Of a stretch of 64,000 nucleotides of DNA, positions 51,463 to 61,116 are shown in pieces. Position 1 is the first letter of the stretch. Each line of letters starts with the position of its first letter. Made by a program: the position numbers and the translations under genes. The notes beneath the pieces were generated by a model that did no database searches, was not told the origin of the DNA, and saw nothing but the letters and a program-made list of their open reading frames with translations. Origin of the DNA: a virus (taxonomy: Duplodnaviria > Heunggongvirae > Uroviricota > Caudoviricetes); the IMG/VR virus record IMGVR_UViG_3300027710_001079, positions 64,833 through 128,832 of that record. The stretch is one strand, 5' to 3'.

Positions 51463-51563
51463 TGGTACGGTCGGTAGGCTTCGAACCTACAAGGGCAGTG
51501 TCTAGGACTGTGCCCGGTCCCCGCAGTGAACTTTGGGAGCTTTTCCAATTTGCTCACGACCGC
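51463..51563 (-). ncRNA. Atypical 101-nt tRNA-like RNA (class II/Leu-like scaffold, TCA at the anticodon position)
   Basis: GCGGTCG/CGACCGT acceptor + ACCA; D arm AGC-AAATTGGAAAA-GCT; T arm GTAGG-TTCGAAG-CCTAC; poorly paired anticodon arm; extra-long variable arm. Confidence 0.75.
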
Positions 51564-51565
51564 AA

Positions 51566-52360
51566 TTAATTATAACTTATTTTCTTCTCCGACGCAAGTC
51601 CTAGAAACATCAAAGTTTGGATAACATATCGACCTGGATCAAACTGCCACCATTCTTTTCCAATCTGCCAACTACCCGGAGCAGAGTGATGGTTATAGTG
51701 CCAGCCTTCACCGAATGTTAAGTACGACCACCACCAAACATTATGTGATTGATCTCGATAGTCAGTTGCAACCCGTGTTCCGAACATTGGGCTATGATCA
51801 ATCCAATTACTCAATCTAGAAGCCATTGTGTTAAAAAATACAGGGATAATGTAGAGAAATACTGCAATCATTGGATCAATTGCCACTAACACTGCTACTA
51901 CTAGTAAGACTATTAGCATATAGTACTCGTGCATAAATCTATGAACAGGGTCGTTTATAATATCTTTTACAGACCATTTGTTAAATTTTCCACCGTAGTC
52001 ACCAACGAACGCACCTATTGGGCCTAGTACTACTGGGCTGTGCGGATCACCGGGTTTGTCTGCAAATTTATGATGTGCTCTATGTACAAATACCCATCCC
52101 ACTGAGCTACCAGTACAGCCTAAATTTCCAAAGAAGCTAAACAAATATTCTAAGGGTTTCCAAAGTTGATACGATTTATGTGTCAACAATCTATGAAAAG
52201 TAACTGTAATACCGAGACAGGTAATTAAAAAATATCCAACTAAAGAAAGTAGCCAGTAGTTCCAACTAATAGGAGTTACTATTGCCCACACAAAAATACC
52301 AGCAGCGGCTAACTGCATTGCAATAAAAAACCACTCTCGTGGATAAAAATACTGTTTCAT
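51566..52360 (-). CDS. Membrane fatty-acid desaturase 1 (delta-9/DesC-like)
   Basis: His boxes HRLLTH, HRAHH and WHYNHH; start corrected to MKQYF. Confidence 0.9.
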   Translation of the reverse strand: MKQYFYPREWFFIAMQLAAAGIFVWAIVTPISWNYWLLSLVGYFLITCLGITVTFHRLLTHKSYQLWKPLEYLFSFFGNLGCTGSSVGWVFVHRAHHKFADKPGDPHSPVVLGPIGAFVGDYGGKFNKWSVKDIINDPVHRFMHEYYMLIVLLVVAVLVAIDPMIAVFLYIIPVFFNTMASRLSNWIDHSPMFGTRVATDYRDQSHNVWWWSYLTFGEGWHYNHHSAPGSWQIGKEWWQFDPGRYVIQTLMFLGLASEKKISYN

Positions 52361-53115
52361 TTTTTTACAATCCTTATCACGTAAGATATTAAATCTACTT
52401 CCCACCAATGTTCTTGCAAGTTCCATTTACTGGGATTTGTATGATGGTTATTGTGCCATCCTTCGCCCCATAGTAAAATTGCAAAAGGCCATAAATTTTT
52501 ACTTTCATCACGGTGCTGGTGGTTAGTATAACCGTGACTGTGTCCAAAATATGTAAAGCTGTTTAATGCAAGATGAGTCATTGCAAGTGGCACAGCCCAT
52601 GCAAAATAAAATAGCCAAGGACTTATTAAAAATAACAACCCTGCCCACCCTATTACTAAAATCTTATAATATTTGTTAATCCATAGATGATGGTAGGTAA
52701 AGAGATCTCTAATTAGATATCTTTTTAATTCTCCACCATAATTTAAAATGTGTGGGAAAAACACTCTCCAACCGTTGATATTAGGTGCATGAGGATCTTT
52801 TTCAGTATCGCTGTACGCATGATGTTCTCGATGAATGTGAACCCATCCTAAAATGCTTCCTCTACCTGCCTGGATAGCAAACCAACTGAACAGCCATTCT
52901 AATATAGGATATTTGAATTGAAAACTTTTATGGGTCCAATATCTATGCATCATCATGCTGACCCCTACTCCTGCATACAAAAAGTACCCAAGTAAGATAG
53001 TCAATGCTTCGGTAACTCCTATGTCGAAAATCCAAAAGCCGGCTACAGCAATCAATAGACTGATGATCTGTAAAAAGGATACGAATCCCGAGCTTGCTGC
53101 AAAGATATTTTTCAT
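52357..53115 (-). CDS. Membrane fatty-acid desaturase 2
   Basis: His boxes HRYWTH, HREHH and WHNNHH. Confidence 0.9.
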   Translation of the reverse strand: MKNIFAASSGFVSFLQIISLLIAVAGFWIFDIGVTEALTILLGYFLYAGVGVSMMMHRYWTHKSFQFKYPILEWLFSWFAIQAGRGSILGWVHIHREHHAYSDTEKDPHAPNINGWRVFFPHILNYGGELKRYLIRDLFTYHHLWINKYYKILVIGWAGLLFLISPWLFYFAWAVPLAMTHLALNSFTYFGHSHGYTNHQHRDESKNLWPFAILLWGEGWHNNHHTNPSKWNLQEHWWEVDLISYVIRIVKK

Positions 53116-53193
53116 ACCTATATTTATTAGGAGTTTTTTCCAAGAAAAAATTTAGCAGTTATATACCTACTAAATAAAATTTTAAAAGGATTC

Positions 53194-54561
53194 ATGATGG
53201 AAATTATCACAGCCTCTCTGCTTTTTATGCTGACAATGTTTGGTGTATTAATGTATGCAGGAAGAAATTGGAGTTCGAGCAATATGAGTTTTTTGTTTGC
53301 CAATAGATCGTTAAATTACATTCCCGCTGGCCTTGCAATCAACGCTCATTGGTTTTGGGCTATTGCATTATTTGTAGGACCAACAGTGGCGTATAATTGG
53401 GGCTGGATAGGTTTATTATGGTTTGCTATTCCTAATGCATTGAGTTTATTAGTAATGGCATTTATTGGGTCCAGGATACGTAACAACTACACAGACGGAT
53501 TTAGTTTAAGCGAGTACATCCAAGAAAATTTTAGTCCAAGACTTGCAAAATTATTTCAGTTAAAATTTGCATTAATTTCATTTGCAGGATTGTTATTGTC
53601 CTTTACCGCTATTGGCAAGCTATGGGCATTCTTAGGACTGGCAGCGTTTGTAGATCCTGTTTATGCAACACTGGTTGTGGGGCTTATTACATTAGGATTT
53701 ACTCTGCGTGGCGGTATAAGAAGTAGCATTTTTAGCGGTGCAACTATGACCCTCTTGTGGATTCTATTTTTTGGAGTCTCGGCATTCAGTGTGTTTACTT
53801 CAGATGTTTCGATTCTCGTAACAGGAAAGAATGCACTGGAAACTATTTGGAATGAAAAGTTTTTAACTAATTTTGCATTGGCATTTTTAGTTGCTATCGG
53901 CGTGGGTGCTACTAGTCACGGAATGATGTGGCAAAAGACATTCTCAATGCCTAAAGAAAATATTTGGCCTAGTTTTATAATTGCTTCAATAATATTTGTT
54001 CTAATGGTACTATCATTAGGAAGTTTATCACTATTCACATTTGCTTCCGGAACAGCAGTAAGTCATCCTGAATTATCTGCATTAGCTGGAATAGCAACAC
54101 TGTTTGGGGCAAGCGGCCTACTTGTATTTTCTATTCTGTTAATAGGTCAAACGTCTACTATCATGGATTCTGCAATCACCTACATGGCCAGTCTAAGTTC
54201 ACGAGAATGGGTAAAGAAGGACGATCCTAAGGTCAGTAAAATTGCTATGATTCTGTTTATAACTGCGGCATGGATTGTTTCATTTTTAAAGTTAGAAATC
54301 TGGACCATCTTTATGTTGATGGGAGCTATTAGAATAGTGATGTTTGCTACAATTTCTACTCATGCGTTAGGTTTAAAGATTTCAGAAGCAGCAAGTTTTT
54401 ATAGTTCTATAGTAGCAATTATTGGTGCAATTTATCTTTCTTATACTGCAAGAATTGATAAGCTCCCAATATATGATATGTATTCTGCATATTTTGCTAT
54501 CGGCTTACCTTTGTTAGCAATAGTCGGAAGCCACTTCTTTAACAAATTTAAAAGGCATTAA
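53194..54561 (+). CDS. Sodium:solute symporter (SSS family)
   Basis: About 12-13 TM helices; FLFANRSL, AHWFWA and GGIRSSI patterns; TAAATA at 53171-53176. Confidence 0.75.
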   Translation: MMEIITASLLFMLTMFGVLMYAGRNWSSSNMSFLFANRSLNYIPAGLAINAHWFWAIALFVGPTVAYNWGWIGLLWFAIPNALSLLVMAFIGSRIRNNYTDGFSLSEYIQENFSPRLAKLFQLKFALISFAGLLLSFTAIGKLWAFLGLAAFVDPVYATLVVGLITLGFTLRGGIRSSIFSGATMTLLWILFFGVSAFSVFTSDVSILVTGKNALETIWNEKFLTNFALAFLVAIGVGATSHGMMWQKTFSMPKENIWPSFIIASIIFVLMVLSLGSLSLFTFASGTAVSHPELSALAGIATLFGASGLLVFSILLIGQTSTIMDSAITYMASLSSREWVKKDDPKVSKIAMILFITAAWIVSFLKLEIWTIFMLMGAIRIVMFATISTHALGLKISEAASFYSSIVAIIGAIYLSYTARIDKLPIYDMYSAYFAIGLPLLAIVGSHFFNKFKRH

Positions 54562-55779
54562 ATGTTATCATCGAGATCTAATGTTGGATATTACAAAACC
54601 GGCAACAAATTATTCACTGAAAAAATTGAAGCAGTTATCGAGGCGAACAAAACTAAGGCCGATGTAGAGTGGGAATTCAATAATGATATCTGGGATGCAG
54701 TAGACTGGACTGTTGAGCCTACACTAAGTTTAAATGAACTGTATAAACTTCGTGCTCAACAAATTCGCGACAAGTATGATTATCTTGTTTTATTTTCTAG
54801 CGGCGGTTCTGATAGCAGGAACATGGCTTATGCATTTTTAAAAAACGGAATTCATCTTGATGAGATTGTTGCAGGTTCTCCGGCGTCGGGCTTAAACAAT
54901 TGGAACAATGATTTAACCTCTCATAATCCTGAAAATACTATTACTGAAACCGTTGTTGCACAGATGCCTTTCATGCACGAAATATCAGTTAACTATCCTA
55001 ATGTAAAGTTAACAAATCATGATTATTTCATCGATATGGTTAATTATAAACCGGATGAGTGGATTAGAAAATGCGGCAATTATATACACCCGACATATGC
55101 AGCTAGATATAATCTAGAAAGATATTCTCATCTTAAAAAAATATTAGACTCTGGAAAGACAATTGGTTTTATATACGGAATAGACAAGCCCTTTATTACT
55201 ATTCATAAGGGCATGGTATGGTCGTTAATATACGATTACGGAGTCAGCAATGCGTTCCAGTCAATTGACCATCCGCTCGCAGATGTTGAATTATTTTATT
55301 GGTCGCACGAGTTGCCTGAAATAGTAATTAAACAGAGCCATGTAGTTACCAAGGCTGCTCATGTTCCAGAAAACGTGCATAGTATAATGGATACTATTCA
55401 TAATGATTCTAGAGAGAACTATAAAGAAATTTATAGTAAACACTCCGCTAGATATCAACGTGCAATCATTCCTTACATTTACCCCATGCTTGAAGAATTT
55501 CCCTGGCAGTGTGCTAAACCTGCATTAGTGTTTATGGGAGAACACGATGCTTGGTTTGATAAATTGCACAAAGGAACAATAGTTCATCAAAAAATAATGT
55601 CAGACTATGATCGATTTATTAAAAGTATTGATCCTAAATACTTTAGAACAAGGCAACAAAATTGGGATATTGAAGTAGACGAACATTCTCATTTAGATCC
55701 TAACTATGTTATCGGCTTTAAACCCTGCATGTTAAAAAAGAAAATTGGTCCAGTTTCTAATTTCCTACCAAAGTTATGA
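54562..55779 (+). CDS. PP-loop (adenine nucleotide alpha-hydrolase-like) protein
   Basis: YDYLVLFSSGGSDS (SGGxDS) ATP-pyrophosphatase motif. Confidence 0.65.
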   Translation: MLSSRSNVGYYKTGNKLFTEKIEAVIEANKTKADVEWEFNNDIWDAVDWTVEPTLSLNELYKLRAQQIRDKYDYLVLFSSGGSDSRNMAYAFLKNGIHLDEIVAGSPASGLNNWNNDLTSHNPENTITETVVAQMPFMHEISVNYPNVKLTNHDYFIDMVNYKPDEWIRKCGNYIHPTYAARYNLERYSHLKKILDSGKTIGFIYGIDKPFITIHKGMVWSLIYDYGVSNAFQSIDHPLADVELFYWSHELPEIVIKQSHVVTKAAHVPENVHSIMDTIHNDSRENYKEIYSKHSARYQRAIIPYIYPMLEEFPWQCAKPALVFMGEHDAWFDKLHKGTIVHQKIMSDYDRFIKSIDPKYFRTRQQNWDIEVDEHSHLDPNYVIGFKPCMLKKKIGPVSNFLPKL

Positions 55780-57023
55780 ACATAGCTATATTTGGAAGCA
55801 ATCACTGTTTACATTTTTTCTCTCAGTATCTGGAAAAATATGAAAACGTTAATAATGTCTATCACTATTCTGCAGGACCCCTACATGTACCTACTGAAAA
55901 ATATCATCCTATAATTTTTAAAGAAACTTTAGAAGAATATTTAAATGAAGTTGATACGTTAAAAGAAAAAGAAATAGATTTAATCATACCGTTAACACTG
56001 CCTTTCCAATTATGGTCTAAGTTTCAAAATAAGATTAGAAGTACAGGAATCTCGGTATTGTCGCCAACTTCAGATCTTGCGATGTTAGAATGGTCTAAAA
56101 TTTACGGTAAAAAGTTTATGCAGTCAATTGGTGTACCGACTGCTAAACATAAGACATTGTTGTATGACGAGGTTATAGATAATTTTTTTACAATAGAACG
56201 TCCCTTTGTTTTAAAATTTGATCAGGATTTTAGATTTGGCAGACAGTCGATAGTTGTTACAGAAAATAACTTAAATGAAGTTTATACAAACTTTTTGGAT
56301 ACTGGTAAAACAAGGATGTCTGATCTGCTTAAAAAAGGTGATCATACTGATTACATAATAGAAGAATTTTTAGCAGGCCCTGAATATTCTTTGCATATTT
56401 TATGTAACGGAACTAATTGGTCATACTTAGGATCTTCAAGAGACTACAAAAAAGAGTTTAACAGTGACACTGGAAATAATGTGTGTAGCATGGGATGCTA
56501 TTCTGTAACTGATCCTATAAATGATCAAGCTGTTCAAATTGTTAACCAAGTACTAACAGCACTGGAAAATAACGGCACTCCTTATGTAGGGGTTTTATAT
56601 CTGGGAATGATAATACATAACGGAGTACACAAAGTACTAGAGATTAATACTCGCCCAGGTAATCCAGAATTTAATACGATATTGTCTATGATAGACGATA
56701 ACATAGTAGAATTATTTTTTAATTGCGTCAATAACAATGTAAAAAAATCTATTAGATTTAAATCAGGCAGTGCTGTTACTATACAACTGGTCCATAAAGA
56801 TTACATTTTAGAATATCGAGAAAACGTAAAATATCCTATATTGAAAGACATCCCACCTGACATAATTGTTAGTTACGGATCATTAGACCCGCACCTTCGA
56901 TATTGTAATCTTACTGCTACAGGAGAAACACCTCAGCTAGCTTCTGAAAAAATATCAGATTATTTAGATAAACAATATTTGGGCGATTTTAGATACAGGA
57001 CAGATATAGGTATTTTACCTTAA
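55776..57023 (+). CDS. Diverged PurD/GARS-like ATP-grasp ligase
   Basis: LEWSKIYGKKFM, IIEEFLAGPEYS, DTGNNVCSMGCYS, LEINTRPGNPE and YRTDIG follow the PurD layout. Confidence 0.8.
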   Translation: MNIAIFGSNHCLHFFSQYLEKYENVNNVYHYSAGPLHVPTEKYHPIIFKETLEEYLNEVDTLKEKEIDLIIPLTLPFQLWSKFQNKIRSTGISVLSPTSDLAMLEWSKIYGKKFMQSIGVPTAKHKTLLYDEVIDNFFTIERPFVLKFDQDFRFGRQSIVVTENNLNEVYTNFLDTGKTRMSDLLKKGDHTDYIIEEFLAGPEYSLHILCNGTNWSYLGSSRDYKKEFNSDTGNNVCSMGCYSVTDPINDQAVQIVNQVLTALENNGTPYVGVLYLGMIIHNGVHKVLEINTRPGNPEFNTILSMIDDNIVELFFNCVNNNVKKSIRFKSGSAVTIQLVHKDYILEYRENVKYPILKDIPPDIIVSYGSLDPHLRYCNLTATGETPQLASEKISDYLDKQYLGDFRYRTDIGILP

Positions 57024-58481
57024 AAGAGTTTCAAGATATTTCATTATTCTTGTAACTATTCTTGATCGTATTTCTTCTGAATATGTATTATTAGTTGAAG
57101 TTATAATTTTTCTTATTTCCGGCCAGGTGTAGTCAAGCCCTGCAAGTCCCACAGTATCGCCCCATCTCATAGTTGGTTTTTTGTTCTTTGATTCTAGATA
57201 AGAAATACTGTTCTTTGATATTTCAATAGCGTCAGAGTATGTCAATCCCATATTGTTAATCCAACCTTGCTCGTTAGTTGAGTAACCGTACTTTGTAGGG
57301 TTTTTCATAAACTCACTACTCCATGCAAAATTTTTAATAGTTGGATCTAAAAATAATGGATTTATATTTGCAGCATCTAGTTTGAATGCATCGCTACCTA
57401 CTATTTCAATCCATTCTTCTGCTGACTTTTTATCTTCGTAGGGTAGTCCTATCATAAAATTACCAATTGTAAAGACATCATCACCCCATATGTCTTTACA
57501 TTGTTGAAGAGTATCTATTATTTTTTCTCTAGAAAGTCCTTTTCCGATTGCTTTATTTCCTCGATCGTTTAGGCTTTCAACTCCAAATAATGCAACTTTT
57601 AATCCACTTTCTTTTAATAATGAGATTGTCTTTGGGTGTGCATGTAATAAATCTAACCTCAAATAAGTTACAAAATTAATTTTAAAAGGTAATTTTGAAT
57701 ACACATTATCATATAGTATTTCTAATTTTTCAACACTATCATTGTGTGTATCGTCTAAGTAGACGTAATTTGTTGTACGATATCTTTCGTAATTTTTTAA
57801 AAATTGATTTTTTAATATTTCAGTTTCTTTTAAGTAGTCTAATTTCTTTTTACCGTTTAACGGAAATGAACAAAAATTACACCTAAATATACAACCTCTA
57901 GATATTTCTATCGGCAATCCTTCTCGGTAATCAATAGCATCTGACTGGTGCCACGAAAATTTATCTGTACTAAAATTAAATGTAGACGCTGTAATATCGT
58001 CATTAACAATAACACACCCATCTTCTACTGTATATTTAAAAAATGGATTTTTATCCTCGCACCATTTAGTAAAATTAATAACTGATGTATCGGCATATCC
58101 TTCTATATAAGTATCAAACAACTCTCCGCTGTCTCTTTTAAATGCTTTTGCACCGCCAGATACAAACCGGCATTTAGATTTTTTTGAAGAAACTAAATTT
58201 TTAATTTTCTCAGTTTGTTCTTTTGTAAACAGTGTTTGGGAAGAAGCCATTGCAGGAGTAAGGAATGTAGTTGAAAATCCAATCCAAATTGTTCCTTCAT
58301 CAACATGCCGATCTAATATACTTAAAAATTTGTCAAACCCGATTTTTAAAATTTGAGGGAAATATTCAACAACTTGAACTGTGTAACCATTGTTCCTTAA
58401 TTGGTTTGCAATTTGATATGCTCCAATTGATCTAAAAGGGATTGAAAAACCCACGCCAGTGAAAATTATAATTTGTGCCAT
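57015..58481 (-). CDS. Cobalamin-binding-type (class B) radical SAM enzyme
   Basis: B12-binding-like N-terminus (IGAYQIA, IGFST, SGG); SRGCIFRCNFC, LDDT, FGVES and MIGLPYE. Confidence 0.85.
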   Translation of the reverse strand: MAQIIIFTGVGFSIPFRSIGAYQIANQLRNNGYTVQVVEYFPQILKIGFDKFLSILDRHVDEGTIWIGFSTTFLTPAMASSQTLFTKEQTEKIKNLVSSKKSKCRFVSGGAKAFKRDSGELFDTYIEGYADTSVINFTKWCEDKNPFFKYTVEDGCVIVNDDITASTFNFSTDKFSWHQSDAIDYREGLPIEISRGCIFRCNFCSFPLNGKKKLDYLKETEILKNQFLKNYERYRTTNYVYLDDTHNDSVEKLEILYDNVYSKLPFKINFVTYLRLDLLHAHPKTISLLKESGLKVALFGVESLNDRGNKAIGKGLSREKIIDTLQQCKDIWGDDVFTIGNFMIGLPYEDKKSAEEWIEIVGSDAFKLDAANINPLFLDPTIKNFAWSSEFMKNPTKYGYSTNEQGWINNMGLTYSDAIEISKNSISYLESKNKKPTMRWGDTVGLAGLDYTWPEIRKIITSTNNTYSEEIRSRIVTRIMKYLETLLR

Positions 58482-58486
58482 CGTCC

Positions 58487-58498
58487 TATTTATAAATA
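58487..58498. promoter_or_regulatory. Palindromic back-to-back late promoter TATTTATAAATA
   Basis: A TATAAATA octamer on each strand, 5-6 nt from the two divergent ATGs. Confidence 0.7.
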
Positions 58499-58504
58499 TG
58501 GGTT

Positions 58505-59401
58505 ATGCAGCCTATTAATTTTTATTACGAACTATCGCCAGAACAAAATCATTTTCCTGTTATATATGTTGATATTACTCATCGATGTAACATGGAGTGT
58601 GCTAATTGTTTTATTCCTAACAGAGATGTTCCAGATATGGATAAGGATAGACTTTATGATGTATTAAAACGATTACCCTTTAAAACTGAGATCAGAATGT
58701 TAGGAGGGGAACCAACTGTTCGAAAAGACATATTTGAAATCGTAGAAAAAATTAGAGAGCTAGGACACAGACCAAATATGCAGTCTAACGGTCTTATGCT
58801 TGCTAAACCAGGATATGCTAAAGACTTAGCCAAGGCAGGTATGCGTAGCATCTATATTAGTGTTAACGGTGCAGATGATAATGATGTTTACGAGACCATG
58901 GACGGAATGCGATGTGCTGAAAGAAAAATTGCAGCATGGCAAGCGTGTGTTGATGCTAAGATGAATGTTAATTTGGGGTGCATCATGCAAAAAGGCACTA
59001 ACGATCATATCCCAGCTAGACTATTTGAACTGTCAAAGACCATCGGTGGCAATCCTATTTTTAGATTTAGAAACGTTGGACAAATTGGAAGATACACATT
59101 AGAGCAAGATCAAAATTGGACATTTGAGGAAACTATAAACAATGTATGTGCAGTGTTTGGAAAAGACCCAGAATGGGCTAAGAATAGAAACACTATTGCG
59201 GGATTCACTGAGCCCAACATTATTTTCTTTCCGTTAGATGAAACTAAAAAATTAAAAACGCCTTGGGTAAAAATTACAAACTGGAGCCCCACAGATGGTA
59301 AAGTTCCTGATCCAGGCAGCAAGAGAAGAGGTCGATTAACTCAAAATTTTAAAATTGCTCCTCATTTTGAACATATCATTTTAAATGAAAATGTCTATTA
59401 A
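58505..59401 (+). CDS. Radical SAM enzyme (MoaA/PqqE-like core)
   Basis: CNMECANC, LGGEP, SNG and ISVNG. Confidence 0.9.
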   Translation: MQPINFYYELSPEQNHFPVIYVDITHRCNMECANCFIPNRDVPDMDKDRLYDVLKRLPFKTEIRMLGGEPTVRKDIFEIVEKIRELGHRPNMQSNGLMLAKPGYAKDLAKAGMRSIYISVNGADDNDVYETMDGMRCAERKIAAWQACVDAKMNVNLGCIMQKGTNDHIPARLFELSKTIGGNPIFRFRNVGQIGRYTLEQDQNWTFEETINNVCAVFGKDPEWAKNRNTIAGFTEPNIIFFPLDETKKLKTPWVKITNWSPTDGKVPDPGSKRRGRLTQNFKIAPHFEHIILNENVY

Positions 59402-60128
59402 ACCTCTTAGTACTCCGTGGAACGATTGTACAGACACCTTGTTACATTCTAAATCTCTTGACGAGTGGTACACAGATAAACCTAAATTAGGATACAATGT
59501 TTTTAAGTTGCCTAGTCAGTATTCTTTTAATCTCAAAGAAATGCAAGACCAAGTTTCTTCTCTTTTAGAAAAACAAAATACAATAAGCATTTCTAAAAAT
59601 GCCAAAGGTGAAAAATTCAATAGGTACAAGGGACTGGGATTTTTTTCTAGACCTAATTGTGCAACTCCGCTCGAGGATCATTTTACCAGAAGAGATGTTA
59701 AGCACGGTGTAACATATGCCGACGATCTGCATCTAAATGCGAATCTACCAGACTTGATAGAAAACGATTTTACAGAAACTACCTGTATAATGAACGAGTA
59801 TTTTAATAATATCTTTTCGTCTTTTAAATCAAAGATTACAAAGGCTAGCTTATTAGAATTGCGGCCTATGGGATGGTTAGGATCGCATGTTGATTTTCCT
59901 TACTATAAAACAGTAAGGTTACATACTAGCATATTTGGTAATGAGGGTGCTTGGTACGAAGTTGAAGGAGAAAAATTTCAACTACCTCAAGACGGGCATT
60001 GGTATTTTATAGATACTGGAAAGTATCATTCTGTTTGGAACCACGGACCAAACAGTAGAATCACCTTAAATGTAAATTTAGAAATTCAAAGTGATCCTAG
60101 AGAATTAGCATTACTGGGTCTTTTGTAA
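59385..60128 (+). CDS. Asp/Asn beta-hydroxylase-like Fe(II)/2OG oxygenase
   Basis: GSHVD...RLHTSI...GHWYFIDTGKYHSVWN...R. Confidence 0.75.
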   Translation: MKMSIKPLSTPWNDCTDTLLHSKSLDEWYTDKPKLGYNVFKLPSQYSFNLKEMQDQVSSLLEKQNTISISKNAKGEKFNRYKGLGFFSRPNCATPLEDHFTRRDVKHGVTYADDLHLNANLPDLIENDFTETTCIMNEYFNNIFSSFKSKITKASLLELRPMGWLGSHVDFPYYKTVRLHTSIFGNEGAWYEVEGEKFQLPQDGHWYFIDTGKYHSVWNHGPNSRITLNVNLEIQSDPRELALLGLL

Positions 60129-60353
60129 AGACTTAATGTAGTCAATAACCATCTGCACTGTTTCAATAGTTTCGGCAACCTCCTCGTCTATTTCTAATCC
60201 AAATTCATCTTCAACAGACAGTAACATTTCTACAGTATCTAAGCTGTCGCCACCTAAGTCTTCAACAAACTTCATGTTGGGCTGTATATTTTTAATATCA
60301 ATCCCTAGCTGTTTACTGATAATTTTTTTTACTTTTAGTTCTACTTCATCCAT
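60111..60353 (-). CDS. acpP: Acyl carrier protein
   Basis: DLGGDSLDTVE phosphopantetheine-attachment Ser motif; EDEFGLEI. Confidence 0.95.
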   Translation of the reverse strand: MDEVELKVKKIISKQLGIDIKNIQPNMKFVEDLGGDSLDTVEMLLSVEDEFGLEIDEEVAETIETVQMVIDYIKSLQKTQ

Positions 60354-61116
60354 GATCTTTCCTTAATGCTATTAATTTAATTAGCTGTGCTGACATATCA
60401 AATTCCCACCATTTGATTTTTTGATTCCATTGTTGTGGATTTTTATGATGGTTGTTATGCCATTCTCCAACAATGTACCCTACAAAAATATTGTTGAAAG
60501 AGCCATCGCCCGTATTGAAATTTCTATAATTTAATATTGCTTCTCGATGATTTAAAATATTAATCGATATATAAGCTAACCACAGCAACAGTACACTTAC
60601 ATTATATACAAGTGCTAACCTAAAGTCAATGAATCCAAGTATTACATAAAATAATAGAATAATTCCTAGATAGTAGTTGTGTGCTATCATTATCCATTTA
60701 TCGTTTAGAGATTCCGCAGTCCGTATCGGAATCTTTTTAAAGTTCCAATCAAACATTGCTATTTTAAAAAAACTTAGATACTTGCCGTGTGGATCTTTTT
60801 CTGTATCTGAAAATATATGATGTGCTCTGTGCGACATAGCATATGCGTAAGGTGAACCTGCACATGCCAGCGGCGATGCAATACTCATGATAACATGCCA
60901 AAATCTAGTTGTTTTAAATGAGTTATGTGAAAAATATTTGTGTAATGCAATATTATGCAGTACCTGCATAAAAGCATAAAACAACAAGGCTGAATACAGT
61001 ATAAAAGAGTATTGCCCTGTTTGGACAAAATATCCCAATGCTGCTGTGCCTAATAATACTTGTAAGATAATAGTGCGTGTTGTAGTTGCAGCACTGCCCC
61101 GAAACATTTTTTTCAT
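60346..61116 (-). CDS. Membrane fatty-acid desaturase 3
   Basis: His boxes HKYFSH, HRAHH and WHNNHH. Confidence 0.9.
   Translation of the reverse strand: MKKMFRGSAATTTRTIILQVLLGTAALGYFVQTGQYSFILYSALLFYAFMQVLHNIALHKYFSHNSFKTTRFWHVIMSIASPLACAGSPYAYAMSHRAHHIFSDTEKDPHGKYLSFFKIAMFDWNFKKIPIRTAESLNDKWIMIAHNYYLGIILLFYVILGFIDFRLALVYNVSVLLLWLAYISINILNHREAILNYRNFNTGDGSFNNIFVGYIVGEWHNNHHKNPQQWNQKIKWWEFDMSAQLIKLIALRKDHG

Noticed and set aside
51463-51563. Selenocysteine tRNA
   Set aside because: 7-bp acceptor and 3-bp D stem instead of the 8/5 fold with an extended D stem; no selA/selB/selD in the window
49260-51563. Prophage or integrative element at the tRNA genes
   Set aside because: No integrase, transposase or duplicated tRNA 3' end (att site) was found; both flanks are phage-like
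54562-55779. QueC, to pair with queD
   Set aside because: It has the PP-loop but is much longer than QueC and lacks the C-terminal zinc-binding Cys motif
55776-57023. Naming the gene purD
   Set aside because: Conserved GPNTGGMG and RFGDPE motifs are altered and no other pur genes are nearby, so no symbol was given
57015-60128. RiPP cluster (radical SAM plus hydroxylase)
   Set aside because: No short precursor-like ORF, SPASM Cys motif or RRE domain was recognised near these genes
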